This document shows, piece after piece, positions 27,345 through 36,712 of a stretch of 64,000 nt of DNA (position 1 is the stretch's first letter; every line of letters begins with the position of its first letter). A model generated the notes under the pieces. It had not been told where the DNA came from and made no database searches. It was given only the letters and a program-made list of their open reading frames with translations. The position numbers and the translations under genes were made by a program. Source of the DNA: a virus; the IMG/VR virus record IMGVR_UViG_3300009093_000036, positions 1 through 64,000 of that record; one strand, written 5' to 3'.

Positions 27345-27998
27345 TCACCTGATGATCGTTGCCGCGGCTGCCGTGCCCGCATGAGAGGTCACCGAAACGG
27401 ACATCGTCACCGATCCCTCACGGGGCTGGATCGACAGGCCGATGACCTCTGCCGACAAGAGACGTTCCTCGGGAGGGATCCTACGGTCCGGCGTCTGCGA
27501 CGCAATCATCAACTGCCGGGTCCGGGCAACAGCGACGACCACTTCAGCGCCAACACGATCACGGGCGTTGCTGCCGATGACCTTGCCGACGTTCTTGAAA
27601 AGGCCTCCTCCGCTCTGTCGATGGAAGATGTTCGAGCCCGGCGTTCGCAGAAGGATGCGGGTGAACTGCTGCACCAACGAAAGCGTACCTTCGACGGTTT
27701 GCGGTCGCGTCCCCATACTGAGCTCCACCAAGCTGCGACTCGTGAAGCTGATGCGGGTCGAGAGGACGTAGGCGTCCGTGATGGCCTGCTGGACCTTGTC
27801 CGCTGGCACCTGCGCCAAGATCTCCGAGTCCGACAGGATGATGAACTCCGGCGATGCCGAGCTGTTGATGTACACGGACTCGACGTTCTTGAAGTCGCGC
27901 CCTGTGAGCCTCACGGTGCGCGGACGAACACCAGGCACCGCAGTGATGCCGGTGATCGGAAGCACATCGCTCAGGCGAACGACCTGGATGTCGATCAC
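27345..27998 (-). CDS. IPT/TIG-like domain + gp25-like baseplate wedge protein
   Basis: N-terminal LTGRDFKNVESVYIN (IPT-like); C-terminal ILL.TPGS..F...GG and E.LLS (gp25/GPW-like); directly upstream of the J-like gene. Confidence 0.6.
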   Translation of the reverse strand: MIDIQVVRLSDVLPITGITAVPGVRPRTVRLTGRDFKNVESVYINSSASPEFIILSDSEILAQVPADKVQQAITDAYVLSTRISFTSRSLVELSMGTRPQTVEGTLSLVQQFTRILLRTPGSNIFHRQSGGGLFKNVGKVIGSNARDRVGAEVVVAVARTRQLMIASQTPDRRIPPEERLLSAEVIGLSIQPREGSVTMSVSVTSHAGTAAAATIIR

Positions 27999-28321
27999 GT
28001 CGTCGTTCCCGTGTCGGAGGTGTTGGCGTCGGTGTCCGGGTCCGGCTGACGGAAGGCATCCGCCGGGGTCTCTCGGATGCCGTCGATCGCAGCCGTGAAG
28101 TCGTTCTTGATCTTGTCGAGGCGGGCGATGAGCCCGGGCTTCTCCCCAGAGACCGGAGCCTCGATGCGATCGATGCGGTTGTCGATCAGCTCTTCGAGGC
28201 TGATGCTGGTGAAGGTCCGCGTGACCTCCTGCGAGCGAAGAACGCCGACCACATCAGCCACCACCTCCCGGTAGTGCTGCATGGTCTCGCGTGACGCTTC
28301 GGAAGACGTCTGCTCGGGCAT
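27995..28321 (-). CDS. Hypothetical protein
   Basis: Coupled ORF preceded by the TGATAG-N9 motif. Confidence 0.65.
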   Translation of the reverse strand: MPEQTSSEASRETMQHYREVVADVVGVLRSQEVTRTFTSISLEELIDNRIDRIEAPVSGEKPGLIARLDKIKNDFTAAIDGIRETPADAFRQPDPDTDANTSDTGTTT

Positions 28322-28330
28322 GCCGAGAAT

Positions 28331-28336
28331 CTATCA
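28331..28336 (-). promoter_or_regulatory. TGATAG-N9-ATG element
   Basis: TGATAG attctcggc ATG (gene start 28321). Confidence 0.5.
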
Positions 28337-28348
28337 CTCCCAGAGCCG

Positions 28349-30877
28349 TCAGGTCATCCGGCGGGAGCGCAAGCGCACTTCTGGGCTGTTGATGACGGAC
28401 TTCGCGAAGCGGGACACTGGGGCGACCTGGCGGGTGACATCAGCCGCAACGCGAATCAGGTTCGTCGAGTAGGACGACCCATCCGGGTGCATGCTGAAGA
28501 ACTCGATGACCTGGAGCGAGGTGAAGAGGTCTGCGGCGCGATCCAGGCCTTGTTCGACCAGCATGCGCAAGATGTTGTCGACCGTCCGCTCGAACGGGAC
28601 GACGTAGTTCTGAATGCTCGCCAACGACGTGATCTGCGTCGAGAACGTCCCCACAGGACCTCCTCCGGAAAGCAGCGCCGTAGGGTCAGCTCCGCTGAGG
28701 ATGCGGGTGATGGCGAAGTCGGCCGCCTCGAAGTCGACGGCGTTCACGAACGACGTGACGGCGTTCACGAGGATGGTCCACGCCACATACCTCGCACTCT
28801 GCACGGTGAACCCTACCGACCCCGCGAAGAAGGGCACGGGCTCGGTGATGAGCTCGTCCAGGAAGACCTCAGTGATGGTGGTGACCGAAGCAGAGGGCGA
28901 GGTCTGAAGGGTGAGGATGTCGCCCACTCCCACACCACGAGAAAGGAAGTCGATCGTCCCTCCGGAAACGAAGTCGGTGAGGCCGGGCTTGGTCTGCGTG
29001 GGCGTGACCGTGTACCCGATCGCAGTCGCTCCTGCGCTCGACGGATTGGCTGTGATGCCATCTGCTGACGAAGCAGCCGGGGCCGTGGCCTGCAAGTACG
29101 ACGTGAAGACCGTCAGGGAGACGGGGTCACTGGTCACGAAGAAGGCGCGATTGACAGTGAGCTGTCCGATCGTGCCCGACACGACTCGATAGGGCCCGCG
29201 GTTGAGCGGAACGGCCGTGGACCCCACCAGCACACGAGCTCCTGCCGGAACAGAGCGGAAGTCCGGACCGATGCGGTAGGACACCGCTCCGACATCCGAC
29301 ACCGCAACATCAACCTCGAAGCTTGCCCCAGTGACACTGGTGAGCTTGCCGATCTGAGCGGTGCCTGTCGGATCGATGATGATGAAGTCCCCGGCCTTCA
29401 CCCCAGCGTTCTCGATGTTCTCGGCTGCCGAGAACGACGTCCCTCCGCCCGCCGTGTCGACGGTCCCCGTCAACGTGGAGACCTGCACGACCGAGGCTGC
29501 CTGGGTGATCCCGTCTCCGGTGAAGTACTCCGTGCGGAGCTCCGAGAGGCGGACACCCGGGGCCGAGGTCGCAGCAGCAACGATCGTCCTAGCCTCCACG
29601 CCTCGGCACACCGAGTACGGAACGAAGCCGGAAGTCGCAAGGAACGCTGCCTGCCCGAGGGTGGCGGTCACGACCTCGATGCTGCTGATGTCCGTCGAGC
29701 TGTTGCTGCGGATGAAGACCTGTGCGCCGATGCTGAAGGCCGTCGCCGGGACAGAGTTCGTCGTCAGGTAGTTCTGTACGGCCGTCAGGAACAGCGCGAC
29801 AGAGGCGTAAGAGCTGCTGCCGAACGATCCATCAGATGGATACAGGACACCATCGACGCGAAGACGGAGCGCCGCGCCCGCAGGGAAGACGATGGGGAGG
29901 GTGGTGAACTGACGGGACGGCGTTTCGGCGTTGCTATAGGCCCCGATCGTGATGCTCGACGAGACGATGGGGCTGCCCGACTCGAAGTCGAGTGTCGCCG
30001 CCGGCGCGACGTTGAAGGGGCCGCTGTTCGTTCCGACGATCGCCGCCGGCGAGATCCCTCCGGTGCCCGAGAGCTGCGCGAAGTCTCCGACCAGCGGGGC
30101 CAGAAGCTGCTGAGGGGTACGGAAGCTCGACACGCGGGCCAGCAGCGTCCGCATCGTCAGGAGGTCGAGCATGGCCTCTCGGTGCGTGGAGACATCCTTG
30201 TCGGTCTGGAGCTGGGTCGTGAGCTCGGTGAGGCGGCTCTGAAGCTTCGAGATGACGTCCGTGACCGCCTTCTCCGGCAGCTTCACAGAACTCAAGTTGC
30301 TGATCGCGTCGATGATCAACTGGCAGAGCTCCAGCATCTGCGCGTGCGTCGTCTTTACCGTCGCCCACGAAGTCGCGATACGAGCTTGAGTCTCTCCAGC
30401 GGTCTCCGTGGGGACGCCGTTGCTCACGACGTTCTTCTTGAGCTGCGTGTTGATGAAGCTCTCGATGCTGTTGCGGAAGCGTGTCACCTCGGGACCAAGG
30501 TCTCGGGTCTGAACGCCCTGCCCCTGGTTTATGCCGGCGGTGACGTTCACCAGCGCCGCCTGAGCGTTCGTGAGTTCGGCCGTGGAGGTCACCGGCTTCC
30601 CACGTCGACGGAGTGAGGCCAGCGTGGACGGATCGAGGATGGTGGCGAGTGCAGCAGCTTGCTGACGGCGAAGGGCTTCGAGCTGATTCTTCGCCAACCA
30701 GATCACGTAGAAGTAGCTGTCCGGGCGAAGGAGGAGCGTTGTCGTCAAGAGGGCGTAGATGTCCGCCCGCGCTGCCAGCACGTCGCGTGCACCGAGGTTC
30801 GTCTTGGGCGTCGTGACCGTGCTCAAGAGGAACTGGTCGATGCTCGCCTGGAGCTCTTCTGACGTGTAGCCCGCCAT
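28349..30877 (-). CDS. Large virion structural protein (baseplate/tail-associated)
   Basis: 842 aa; helical ends with a T/S/G/V-rich beta-type middle; lies in the structural operon. Confidence 0.65.
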   Translation of the reverse strand: MAGYTSEELQASIDQFLLSTVTTPKTNLGARDVLAARADIYALLTTTLLLRPDSYFYVIWLAKNQLEALRRQQAAALATILDPSTLASLRRRGKPVTSTAELTNAQAALVNVTAGINQGQGVQTRDLGPEVTRFRNSIESFINTQLKKNVVSNGVPTETAGETQARIATSWATVKTTHAQMLELCQLIIDAISNLSSVKLPEKAVTDVISKLQSRLTELTTQLQTDKDVSTHREAMLDLLTMRTLLARVSSFRTPQQLLAPLVGDFAQLSGTGGISPAAIVGTNSGPFNVAPAATLDFESGSPIVSSSITIGAYSNAETPSRQFTTLPIVFPAGAALRLRVDGVLYPSDGSFGSSSYASVALFLTAVQNYLTTNSVPATAFSIGAQVFIRSNSSTDISSIEVVTATLGQAAFLATSGFVPYSVCRGVEARTIVAAATSAPGVRLSELRTEYFTGDGITQAASVVQVSTLTGTVDTAGGGTSFSAAENIENAGVKAGDFIIIDPTGTAQIGKLTSVTGASFEVDVAVSDVGAVSYRIGPDFRSVPAGARVLVGSTAVPLNRGPYRVVSGTIGQLTVNRAFFVTSDPVSLTVFTSYLQATAPAASSADGITANPSSAGATAIGYTVTPTQTKPGLTDFVSGGTIDFLSRGVGVGDILTLQTSPSASVTTITEVFLDELITEPVPFFAGSVGFTVQSARYVAWTILVNAVTSFVNAVDFEAADFAITRILSGADPTALLSGGGPVGTFSTQITSLASIQNYVVPFERTVDNILRMLVEQGLDRAADLFTSLQVIEFFSMHPDGSSYSTNLIRVAADVTRQVAPVSRFAKSVINSPEVRLRSRRMT

Positions 30878-31221
30878 CAGTCTTCGTCTTCGTCAGAACC
30901 GATCGTGTCGTCGGTCTCGGGAGGGGTCATGCGAACCAGGTCGTCCTTCGTCAGCGTGAGGATGCGCCGGCGGACGTCCTTGTAGTTCATGTTGAGGGAG
31001 GTACAGATGTGGCGGAAGGTCATGTCCTCCTTCCCGTCCCAGAAGATCCATCCTGCGGCGTCCTCCGCGATACGAATGGAAGGGGTCCCCTTCTTCGAGT
31101 CGCGGTAGTTGACGAAGTCTCGGATGGCTCGCACCAGGATCGCGGTCAGCAGCCGCTGTCCTGTGTCGCGGAGGAGCGCCTCCTCCGCATCGACTTCATA
31201 CGACGTTGATTGTCGTAGCAT
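30877..31221 (-). CDS. Small helical protein (L.AIL..AI.D...A..W...TF..IC..L pattern)
   Basis: Start placed at the in-frame ATG 31221; its stop overlaps the next ATG. Confidence 0.55.
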   Translation of the reverse strand: MLRQSTSYEVDAEEALLRDTGQRLLTAILVRAIRDFVNYRDSKKGTPSIRIAEDAAGWIFWDGKEDMTFRHICTSLNMNYKDVRRRILTLTKDDLVRMTPPETDDTIGSDEDED

Positions 31222-32119
31222 CGCCGACGATGGGGGAGTCGGGTTCATACGCGAGGCTTGAGTCCTTCCGCTTGACGAAGAGGGTAGAAGCGCCGGTGGT
31301 GAGTCCACGAAGAAGGAGTCGATCATCGAGTACCTGGAGATCAACGGACGGGTTCCCATCTGGCTGGCTGTAGTCGATGTCGTCGGAGGCCGTGCCGTTG
31401 ATGACGTACCCCGAAGTGAGCTGGACCTGGACGTTGACGGTGAGCGTCGTGCCGACGTTCACTTCCAGAGTGGACGGGGTGAACACGACCCCGTAGACGC
31501 GAGGGAAGAGCACGAGGTTGATGTTCGCCGCCCCGAGGTCGGGGATGAAGACGTCGCGGGCCACGTTCTCGTGGCTCTGCACGATCGCGTGGTAGCAGCC
31601 CTTCCGGTAGAGGTCGATTTGCAGGTAGCCGTCCTTGTCGGTGCGGATGACGGCGCGCTCGCCCAACACCCCGACAGAGTCGTCCGGCCCCGAGCCCACG
31701 ATCAGGGGCTTGAAGCGGTGGATGAAGTGGATGTCGAGGCCACGGCGAGCTCGACCTGCCGGATCACGCACGTAGCCACTGAGGCGACAGAGCGCGGGAT
31801 CGACGGCGGGAGGCAGCGTAAAGACCTCGGCATCGAGGCGGAAGTTGTTCGTCCCGGTGGGCGAGCTCGCGGGAGGCGAGTAGACGTCGATGTACACCGG
31901 CTGCGGCAGAGACATGCCGACCTTGAACGTGCGGAGCTGATACCGGATGAAGCTGGTGCCGCCGTCCAACATGAACGACACGTGACCTGTCATGTCCGTC
32001 GTTCCGGACGTGATCAGCGTCGTGCCCGTGACGTCGTAGACCCGAACCAGCACACCTGCTGTTGCCGGATTCGGAACGAGAGCGCTCCGGACCAAGACAT
32101 CGACGACTTCGACTGCCAT
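31196..32119 (-). CDS. Structural protein with prealbumin/Ig-like (carboxypeptidase-regulatory-like) domains
   Basis: GVLVRVYD...SGTTD.TGHV and LSGYVRDPAG...TDKDGY repeats. Confidence 0.6.
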   Translation of the reverse strand: MAVEVVDVLVRSALVPNPATAGVLVRVYDVTGTTLITSGTTDMTGHVSFMLDGGTSFIRYQLRTFKVGMSLPQPVYIDVYSPPASSPTGTNNFRLDAEVFTLPPAVDPALCRLSGYVRDPAGRARRGLDIHFIHRFKPLIVGSGPDDSVGVLGERAVIRTDKDGYLQIDLYRKGCYHAIVQSHENVARDVFIPDLGAANINLVLFPRVYGVVFTPSTLEVNVGTTLTVNVQVQLTSGYVINGTASDDIDYSQPDGNPSVDLQVLDDRLLLRGLTTGASTLFVKRKDSSLAYEPDSPIVGDATTINVV

Positions 32120-32128
32120 GGCCGGAGG

Positions 32129-32134
32129 CTATCA
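32129..32134 (-). promoter_or_regulatory. TGATAG-N9-ATG element (overlaps the helicase stop)
   Basis: TGATAG cctccggcc ATG (gene start 32119); no Shine-Dalgarno. Confidence 0.5.
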
Positions 32135-33631
32135 CACAGCCGTCATCAAGTCGCTGTACGCCACCACTGCATCAGCGAGGCCAGCGTTCTTCGAGTGCTG
32201 CTCGGTCGTCGTCTTCAGGATGTCGCGCACCTGCTGGTTGAGCTCGTCCTTCTGCGAAGAGAGCGTACGCAGGTACTCGTCGATGCTGCCCGGACGCTTC
32301 GCTCCGAAGGCTCGACGGATGATGTTCGGCTTCGGGAGTTGCGAGACGTAGTGCTCGACAGCGACGTTCCGCTGGTCTTCTGGGAGATGCTCGTGGCTGC
32401 CGTAGCGGATGCCGCGAGCAATCACCTGCTCCAGCTTCTCCTTGTTGAAATGGGGCTCCAGCACCTGGATCTGCCGTGTCCCCTTCAGGTCGAGACCTTC
32501 ACCGCCGGCGCTCGACAGCAGCAAGGCCTTCAGCTTCCCCTCGTTGTAGTCCTTGACCATCTGGTCGCGTTCGCTCTTCGAGAGCTCGCCGGTGAACTTG
32601 CCGTACGGGACCTTGCCCTGCTGGAGCATCGTCTCGTACGGATGGAGCCCGGACTCCAAGAAGTTCGAGTACACGAGAGCTCGATGCTGTGGGTTCTTCT
32701 CGATCTGACCTGAGAGCCGCTGGTAGGCGGTCTGAAGCTTCGGGCTCATCGCTGCGGCCTGGTCAGGAGTCACCCCCTCCTGGAAGCCTGCCGGGCTCAA
32801 CGAGACCTGGCGAACTCCGCTGGAGAACGCGTTGAGGTCCTTCGACTCCTGCTTGTTCGGTGGAAGTCCGTGTTGGACCTTGTACTTGATCCACGCAGGA
32901 GCCTCTCCCATCAGGGAGTTGTAGACGTTCTGCTGCTCCTTCCCGAGCGTGGTGTTCACGACCTCGTCGTGCCGTGCCGGGAAGTTGTCGGTCGTGTTCT
33001 CGTGGAAGTCGACCCACTGCCCGAGGATCTTCGAGAGCTCGTCCTTGCGCTTGAGCTCGGCCACGGACCCCGGCTTCACACCACGGAACGTTCGAGCAAT
33101 CCAGCCTGGATCAACCTTCCGTTCCCCGATGTAGCGCTTCTCGAAGTCGGCCTGCGCTGGTGGCAGGACGTTCTCGCCGGCGGCGACGTTGACCAACGAC
33201 GCGAGGTCGTAGGGGCGGTTGTAGAGCGGTGTGCCGGTCAGCAGCATCCGCTTCTTCGCCTCGGCTCCACGCACCACCTTCCTCGACATCGAGGAGGGGT
33301 CACGAATCCGATGCGCTTCATCGACGATCAGGTTGTCCGTGGGCTCGATGCTCCCGTGGAGGGCCTGACGCTGGAGGCTCTGGATGTCGTACTTGGAGTT
33401 CGGAGTCCCCTTGAGGTGCTTGTCGAGCTCCTTCTGGTAGTTGCTCTGAAGAGCCGCAGGCACGACCGCTGTCGTGTTCCCGCCAAGACGTTCAGCCGCC
33501 GCGATCGAGGTGAGGGTCTTGCCCGAGCCCATGCCGTGGGCGACGACGAGGCCCGGCTGTTTCTGGATGCGGTCCACCACACGCTGTTGGTGCGGCTTCA
33601 GCTCCGAGATGATCTCCGAGAGCTTCTTCAT
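32132..33631 (-). CDS. SF2 SNF2-like DEAH helicase (D6/D11/NPH-I-like signature)
   Basis: LKPHQ (Q motif), HGMGSGKT, IVDEAH, LTGTP, SAGGEGLDL, EPHFN, QVIARGIRYGSH. Start at ATG 33631 (MKKLSEII). Confidence 0.9.
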   Translation of the reverse strand: MKKLSEIISELKPHQQRVVDRIQKQPGLVVAHGMGSGKTLTSIAAAERLGGNTTAVVPAALQSNYQKELDKHLKGTPNSKYDIQSLQRQALHGSIEPTDNLIVDEAHRIRDPSSMSRKVVRGAEAKKRMLLTGTPLYNRPYDLASLVNVAAGENVLPPAQADFEKRYIGERKVDPGWIARTFRGVKPGSVAELKRKDELSKILGQWVDFHENTTDNFPARHDEVVNTTLGKEQQNVYNSLMGEAPAWIKYKVQHGLPPNKQESKDLNAFSSGVRQVSLSPAGFQEGVTPDQAAAMSPKLQTAYQRLSGQIEKNPQHRALVYSNFLESGLHPYETMLQQGKVPYGKFTGELSKSERDQMVKDYNEGKLKALLLSSAGGEGLDLKGTRQIQVLEPHFNKEKLEQVIARGIRYGSHEHLPEDQRNVAVEHYVSQLPKPNIIRRAFGAKRPGSIDEYLRTLSSQKDELNQQVRDILKTTTEQHSKNAGLADAVVAYSDLMTAV

Positions 33632-33633
33632 GT

Positions 33634-34596
33634 TCAGCTCAGACGGATCGCGAAGTCGATGTCCGGCTGCTGGATGCCGAACTCGTCCTCGTCGCTCAGC
33701 GACGGGTCGAAGAGGTTGATGAGGTCGGTGGGGTCTCCGACCGCAGGGAGCTTCACGCGCCGAGTGAAGTTGGTTCCTTCGACGTGCACATCGAGGACAG
33801 ACCCACGGATGAGACGAACGACTGCGTAGCCGGTCTCGTCGGTCTCGATGTCTTCGTAGTGCCGGAAGATGTTGTAGGAGCCGACGGTGTTGGGGAGGAA
33901 CACGTTCGCGATGACGACGCTGCGCCCCTCGATGGGGCGGCCTCGCATGTCGGTGATCTTCACGTACGCCGAGATCATCAGGTCGTACGCAAGGACCGGA
34001 ACCTCGACGCCTGGCAGCGGGACGCTCTGCGGAGCCACGGCCATCGTCGTGTGGTGCAGGAGCTGCGTCTTGTACCAGTAGGACGTCGCTGCGTTGCTGT
34101 CGGTGAAGAAGTACTCGTGCACCGTGCTGCTGAGAGTGCTGTCGACCCCCTTGCCGATGGCGAAGTCCCCGGTCTGGAAGCCGAGAGCGAGAGCTCCATC
34201 CGACTCCATGATCTCGATCGATGCCCCGGTGCCGGTCAGCGCCGTCGTCAGAACGAGATGCGAAAGGCCGTCCGCGGAGGCAACTACAAGTGCCGTCGCC
34301 CCGTTGATGTCCGAAATCGCCGAGGACGTGCTGTACGGGTCTGATCCCGAGAACGTGACGTCGACCTGCGTCGCACCGTTCACCTTGAACGACAGCGTCT
34401 TGCCGTTGAGGGCGTGGGGCTCGCGGAACGTTCCAGTGAGCACCGCCGGCTGAGCGGTATGCGCCGAGATCTCCTCGTACACGCCGTTCGGACCCGTGAT
34501 GGAGCGGAACCATCGAATCGAGTCGTACGTCGTGAGCGCGGTGACCGGGTCCACGACCACCTGAGCGAGCGTCAACTGCATGTTCGTGATCGGCAT
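33634..34596 (-). CDS. Virion structural protein
   Basis: T/S/G-rich 320 aa ORF in the structural operon; TDETGYAVVRL Ig-like segment. Confidence 0.6.
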   Translation of the reverse strand: MPITNMQLTLAQVVVDPVTALTTYDSIRWFRSITGPNGVYEEISAHTAQPAVLTGTFREPHALNGKTLSFKVNGATQVDVTFSGSDPYSTSSAISDINGATALVVASADGLSHLVLTTALTGTGASIEIMESDGALALGFQTGDFAIGKGVDSTLSSTVHEYFFTDSNAATSYWYKTQLLHHTTMAVAPQSVPLPGVEVPVLAYDLMISAYVKITDMRGRPIEGRSVVIANVFLPNTVGSYNIFRHYEDIETDETGYAVVRLIRGSVLDVHVEGTNFTRRVKLPAVGDPTDLINLFDPSLSDEDEFGIQQPDIDFAIRLS

Positions 34597-34597
34597 G

Positions 34598-34819
34598 TCA
34601 CCCCGCGAGGAAGCTCTCGATGTCGTTGGTCACGAGCACTTCTGCCTCCGCCGTGTTCTGGCGAGACAAGCGCTCGGAGCCGGTGCGGCCGCGCAAAACC
34701 GACTTCAGGTACGTGGCCTCGTCCGTGAGCCGTGCATGCTCATGGTCGTAGAACTCGTTGAACGCAGACTGGAGGCGGTCCAGTTTCGCGTTGCGGTCGG
34801 TGGTGCGGTCGTCGGGCAC
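34598..34819 (-). CDS. Small hypothetical protein
   Basis: GTG start after the terminator; fills the gap. Confidence 0.5.
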   Translation of the reverse strand: MPDDRTTDRNAKLDRLQSAFNEFYDHEHARLTDEATYLKSVLRGRTGSERLSRQNTAEAEVLVTNDIESFLAG

Positions 34820-34849
34820 CGCTGAAGTCTACGCTGAGATGGGCAAAGG

Positions 34850-34870
34850 AAAAAGGCGGCCGTAGCCGCC
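34850..34870 (-). terminator. Rho-independent terminator after the sigma gene
   Basis: GGCGGC-tacg-GCCGCC hairpin followed by a U-tract on the minus strand. Confidence 0.8.
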
Positions 34871-34874
34871 CCCT

Positions 34875-35663
34875 TCACACGCCGCCGAGATGCGGCTTCA
34901 CCTTCTTGTAGATGGCTCCACGAAGCCGGTAGACCTGGTTCTGGTTCATCCCCGTCTTCTTCGCGATCTGCATGATGCTCGGGGGATCGCCGACCGTCGG
35001 AAAGAGCTGGTCGAAGACCTTCTGCTCTTCGCTCGTCAGCAGCGCCGGCATCAGCGAGATGATGCTCCGGACCTGGCTCGGGGCATGACCCAAGCTGCCG
35101 TCCTCGGCGTCCGGGTTCGGATTGCCTCCGATGAAGTGCTCGGTACGGAACTCCGACATCATCGGCCGCAAGTCGCTGGCCGGGATGTCGGGAAGCAGCT
35201 TCTTCATGTCTTCGTACATGGGCTCGTGCCCGTGCTGCTCCATGAACTCGTGTCGAGCGTTCATGAACTTCTGGAACTTCTCGACACGCGGCTTCGGGAC
35301 GTACGCGAAGTTGCGGTTGCCTCCGACGAAGTCGGTGATGCGCTGGAAGTTCGTGATGACGTGCGTGCGGATCTTCGTCCCCTTCGTCGGGTCGTAGGAC
35401 TCCAGCCCCTTCTTCGCCGCGACTCGGAGCTGCTGCTCCAAGGCCGAGTAGGGGATCGAGCCACCGAGACCGTTCAGCTTGCGCTTCGCGAACGACTGGA
35501 TGGTCGGTTCGAGAGCATCGAGAAGCGGTTCGAGATGCTTCGCCTTCTTCCCGCTGTCGTTCCAAGCCTTCCAGAGCGCGTAGTGCGGGTCGGAGACTCC
35601 TCCGCCCGTGATCTTCCGCGCATCCTGGTTGAACTTGTCGAACGGGCTTCGCGTCTTGGTCAT
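34875..35663 (-). CDS. Phage-encoded sigma-70-family RNA polymerase sigma factor (FliA/SigB-like size)
   Basis: Region 2 (KGLESYDPTKGTKIRTHV), region 3 (EFMEQHGHEPMYEDM) and region 4 HTH (LTSEEQKV...SIMQIAKKTGMNQNQVYRL). Confidence 0.85.
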   Translation of the reverse strand: MTKTRSPFDKFNQDARKITGGGVSDPHYALWKAWNDSGKKAKHLEPLLDALEPTIQSFAKRKLNGLGGSIPYSALEQQLRVAAKKGLESYDPTKGTKIRTHVITNFQRITDFVGGNRNFAYVPKPRVEKFQKFMNARHEFMEQHGHEPMYEDMKKLLPDIPASDLRPMMSEFRTEHFIGGNPNPDAEDGSLGHAPSQVRSIISLMPALLTSEEQKVFDQLFPTVGDPPSIMQIAKKTGMNQNQVYRLRGAIYKKVKPHLGGV

Positions 35664-35992
35664 GCCGAGCGATGACGCGTCAGCGCCTGCGACGCCGCAG
35701 TCGAGCCCGAGATCTCGTCGATCTTCGCGTGCATGAGCCCTCCGATGGAGGCACGGAAGTCGTTGACGCTCGGGATGTAGTTGTCGAAGGCACGGGCGAG
35801 CTCGCCCTGCATCGTGTCGCGATGACGCTCGACCGTGAGGTCGGTCATCGGGCCCTGCACGTCGGCCTTCAGCCCGATCGACGGCGACATCGGATCCGAG
35901 GGCCGGATGTCGTTCGGGCCGGAGATGAGCGGGCTGTCACCACCACGAGCGGTGACGTCCCCTGCGAGTTCGAGAGCGAGCTTCCTGATCAT
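35660..35992 (-). CDS. Hypothetical protein
   Basis: Shine-Dalgarno GAGG; ATGA-coupled to the sigma gene. Confidence 0.65.
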   Translation of the reverse strand: MIRKLALELAGDVTARGGDSPLISGPNDIRPSDPMSPSIGLKADVQGPMTDLTVERHRDTMQGELARAFDNYIPSVNDFRASIGGLMHAKIDEISGSTAASQALTRHRSA

Positions 35993-36007
35993 GTTGTCCT
36001 CATCGAT

Positions 36008-36015
36008 CTGATAGG
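36008..36015 (-). promoter_or_regulatory. CCTATCAG element
   Basis: Exact 8-mer on the minus strand, 15 nt upstream of ATG 35992. Confidence 0.6.
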
Positions 36016-36019
36016 GGAT

Positions 36020-36703
36020 TCAGGCCTTATACGCCTGCATTGCGTCGCTCAGACTGCGGCGCGGATTCATCGGGTCACTGCTGGCCGAGCGGGTCACGCC
36101 CGACTTCGCTGCGATCGGCGTGTTGCCGACCCGCTGCGACTTGTTCGAGCTGCCACGTAGCACGCCGAGCGTAGGCGCAGAAGGCACCGTAACCTTCGGG
36201 GTACCCGGCCCCGAAGGAGGACCTCCGAAGAGGCTGCTCAGCTTGTTCTCGGCCAAGTAGCTGTGGATGGCCTTGCGGGCGTGATGGAGCTCGATGCCTT
36301 CCTTCGCCGCGGCGAGCACGCCTCCACCGAGACCCGAGGTCAGGGCCTTGGCGGCGAGGTCTCCGCCGGTCTGCTGTGCGAGCTCCTTGGTGCCGCCGGC
36401 GAGTCGCGAAGAGAGGCCACCCTTGGCGTTCACGAAGCCCTTGGTGAAACGACCTGCGGTGTCGATCGCCGGCGCCGCAACGGAGGCGAGGCCAGCGGTC
36501 TGCCCGATGATCTTCCAGGGCTTCGGCTTCTGGAGCTTCGCTGCGGCCTGCTCGACTTCGTGTTCGTCGACCGACAGCTTCTGGACCTCGTCGACGAAGG
36601 CCGCCATCTGGGCTTCCTTCATCAGCGTCTGGACGTTCGTGGGGATGGAGCCCTTCCGGGACTTCAGCCGCTTGTCGTCGATGTCGAGGCCGTGCTGTTC
36701 CAC
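36020..36703 (-). CDS. Hypothetical protein with a Gly-zipper-like segment (possible internal/ejected virion protein)
   Basis: GTG start; ALTSGLGGGVLAAAK; in frame with the upstream gene across a single TAG. Confidence 0.6.
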   Translation of the reverse strand: MEQHGLDIDDKRLKSRKGSIPTNVQTLMKEAQMAAFVDEVQKLSVDEHEVEQAAAKLQKPKPWKIIGQTAGLASVAAPAIDTAGRFTKGFVNAKGGLSSRLAGGTKELAQQTGGDLAAKALTSGLGGGVLAAAKEGIELHHARKAIHSYLAENKLSSLFGGPPSGPGTPKVTVPSAPTLGVLRGSSNKSQRVGNTPIAAKSGVTRSASSDPMNPRRSLSDAMQAYKA

Positions 36704-36712
36704 CCCACAAGA

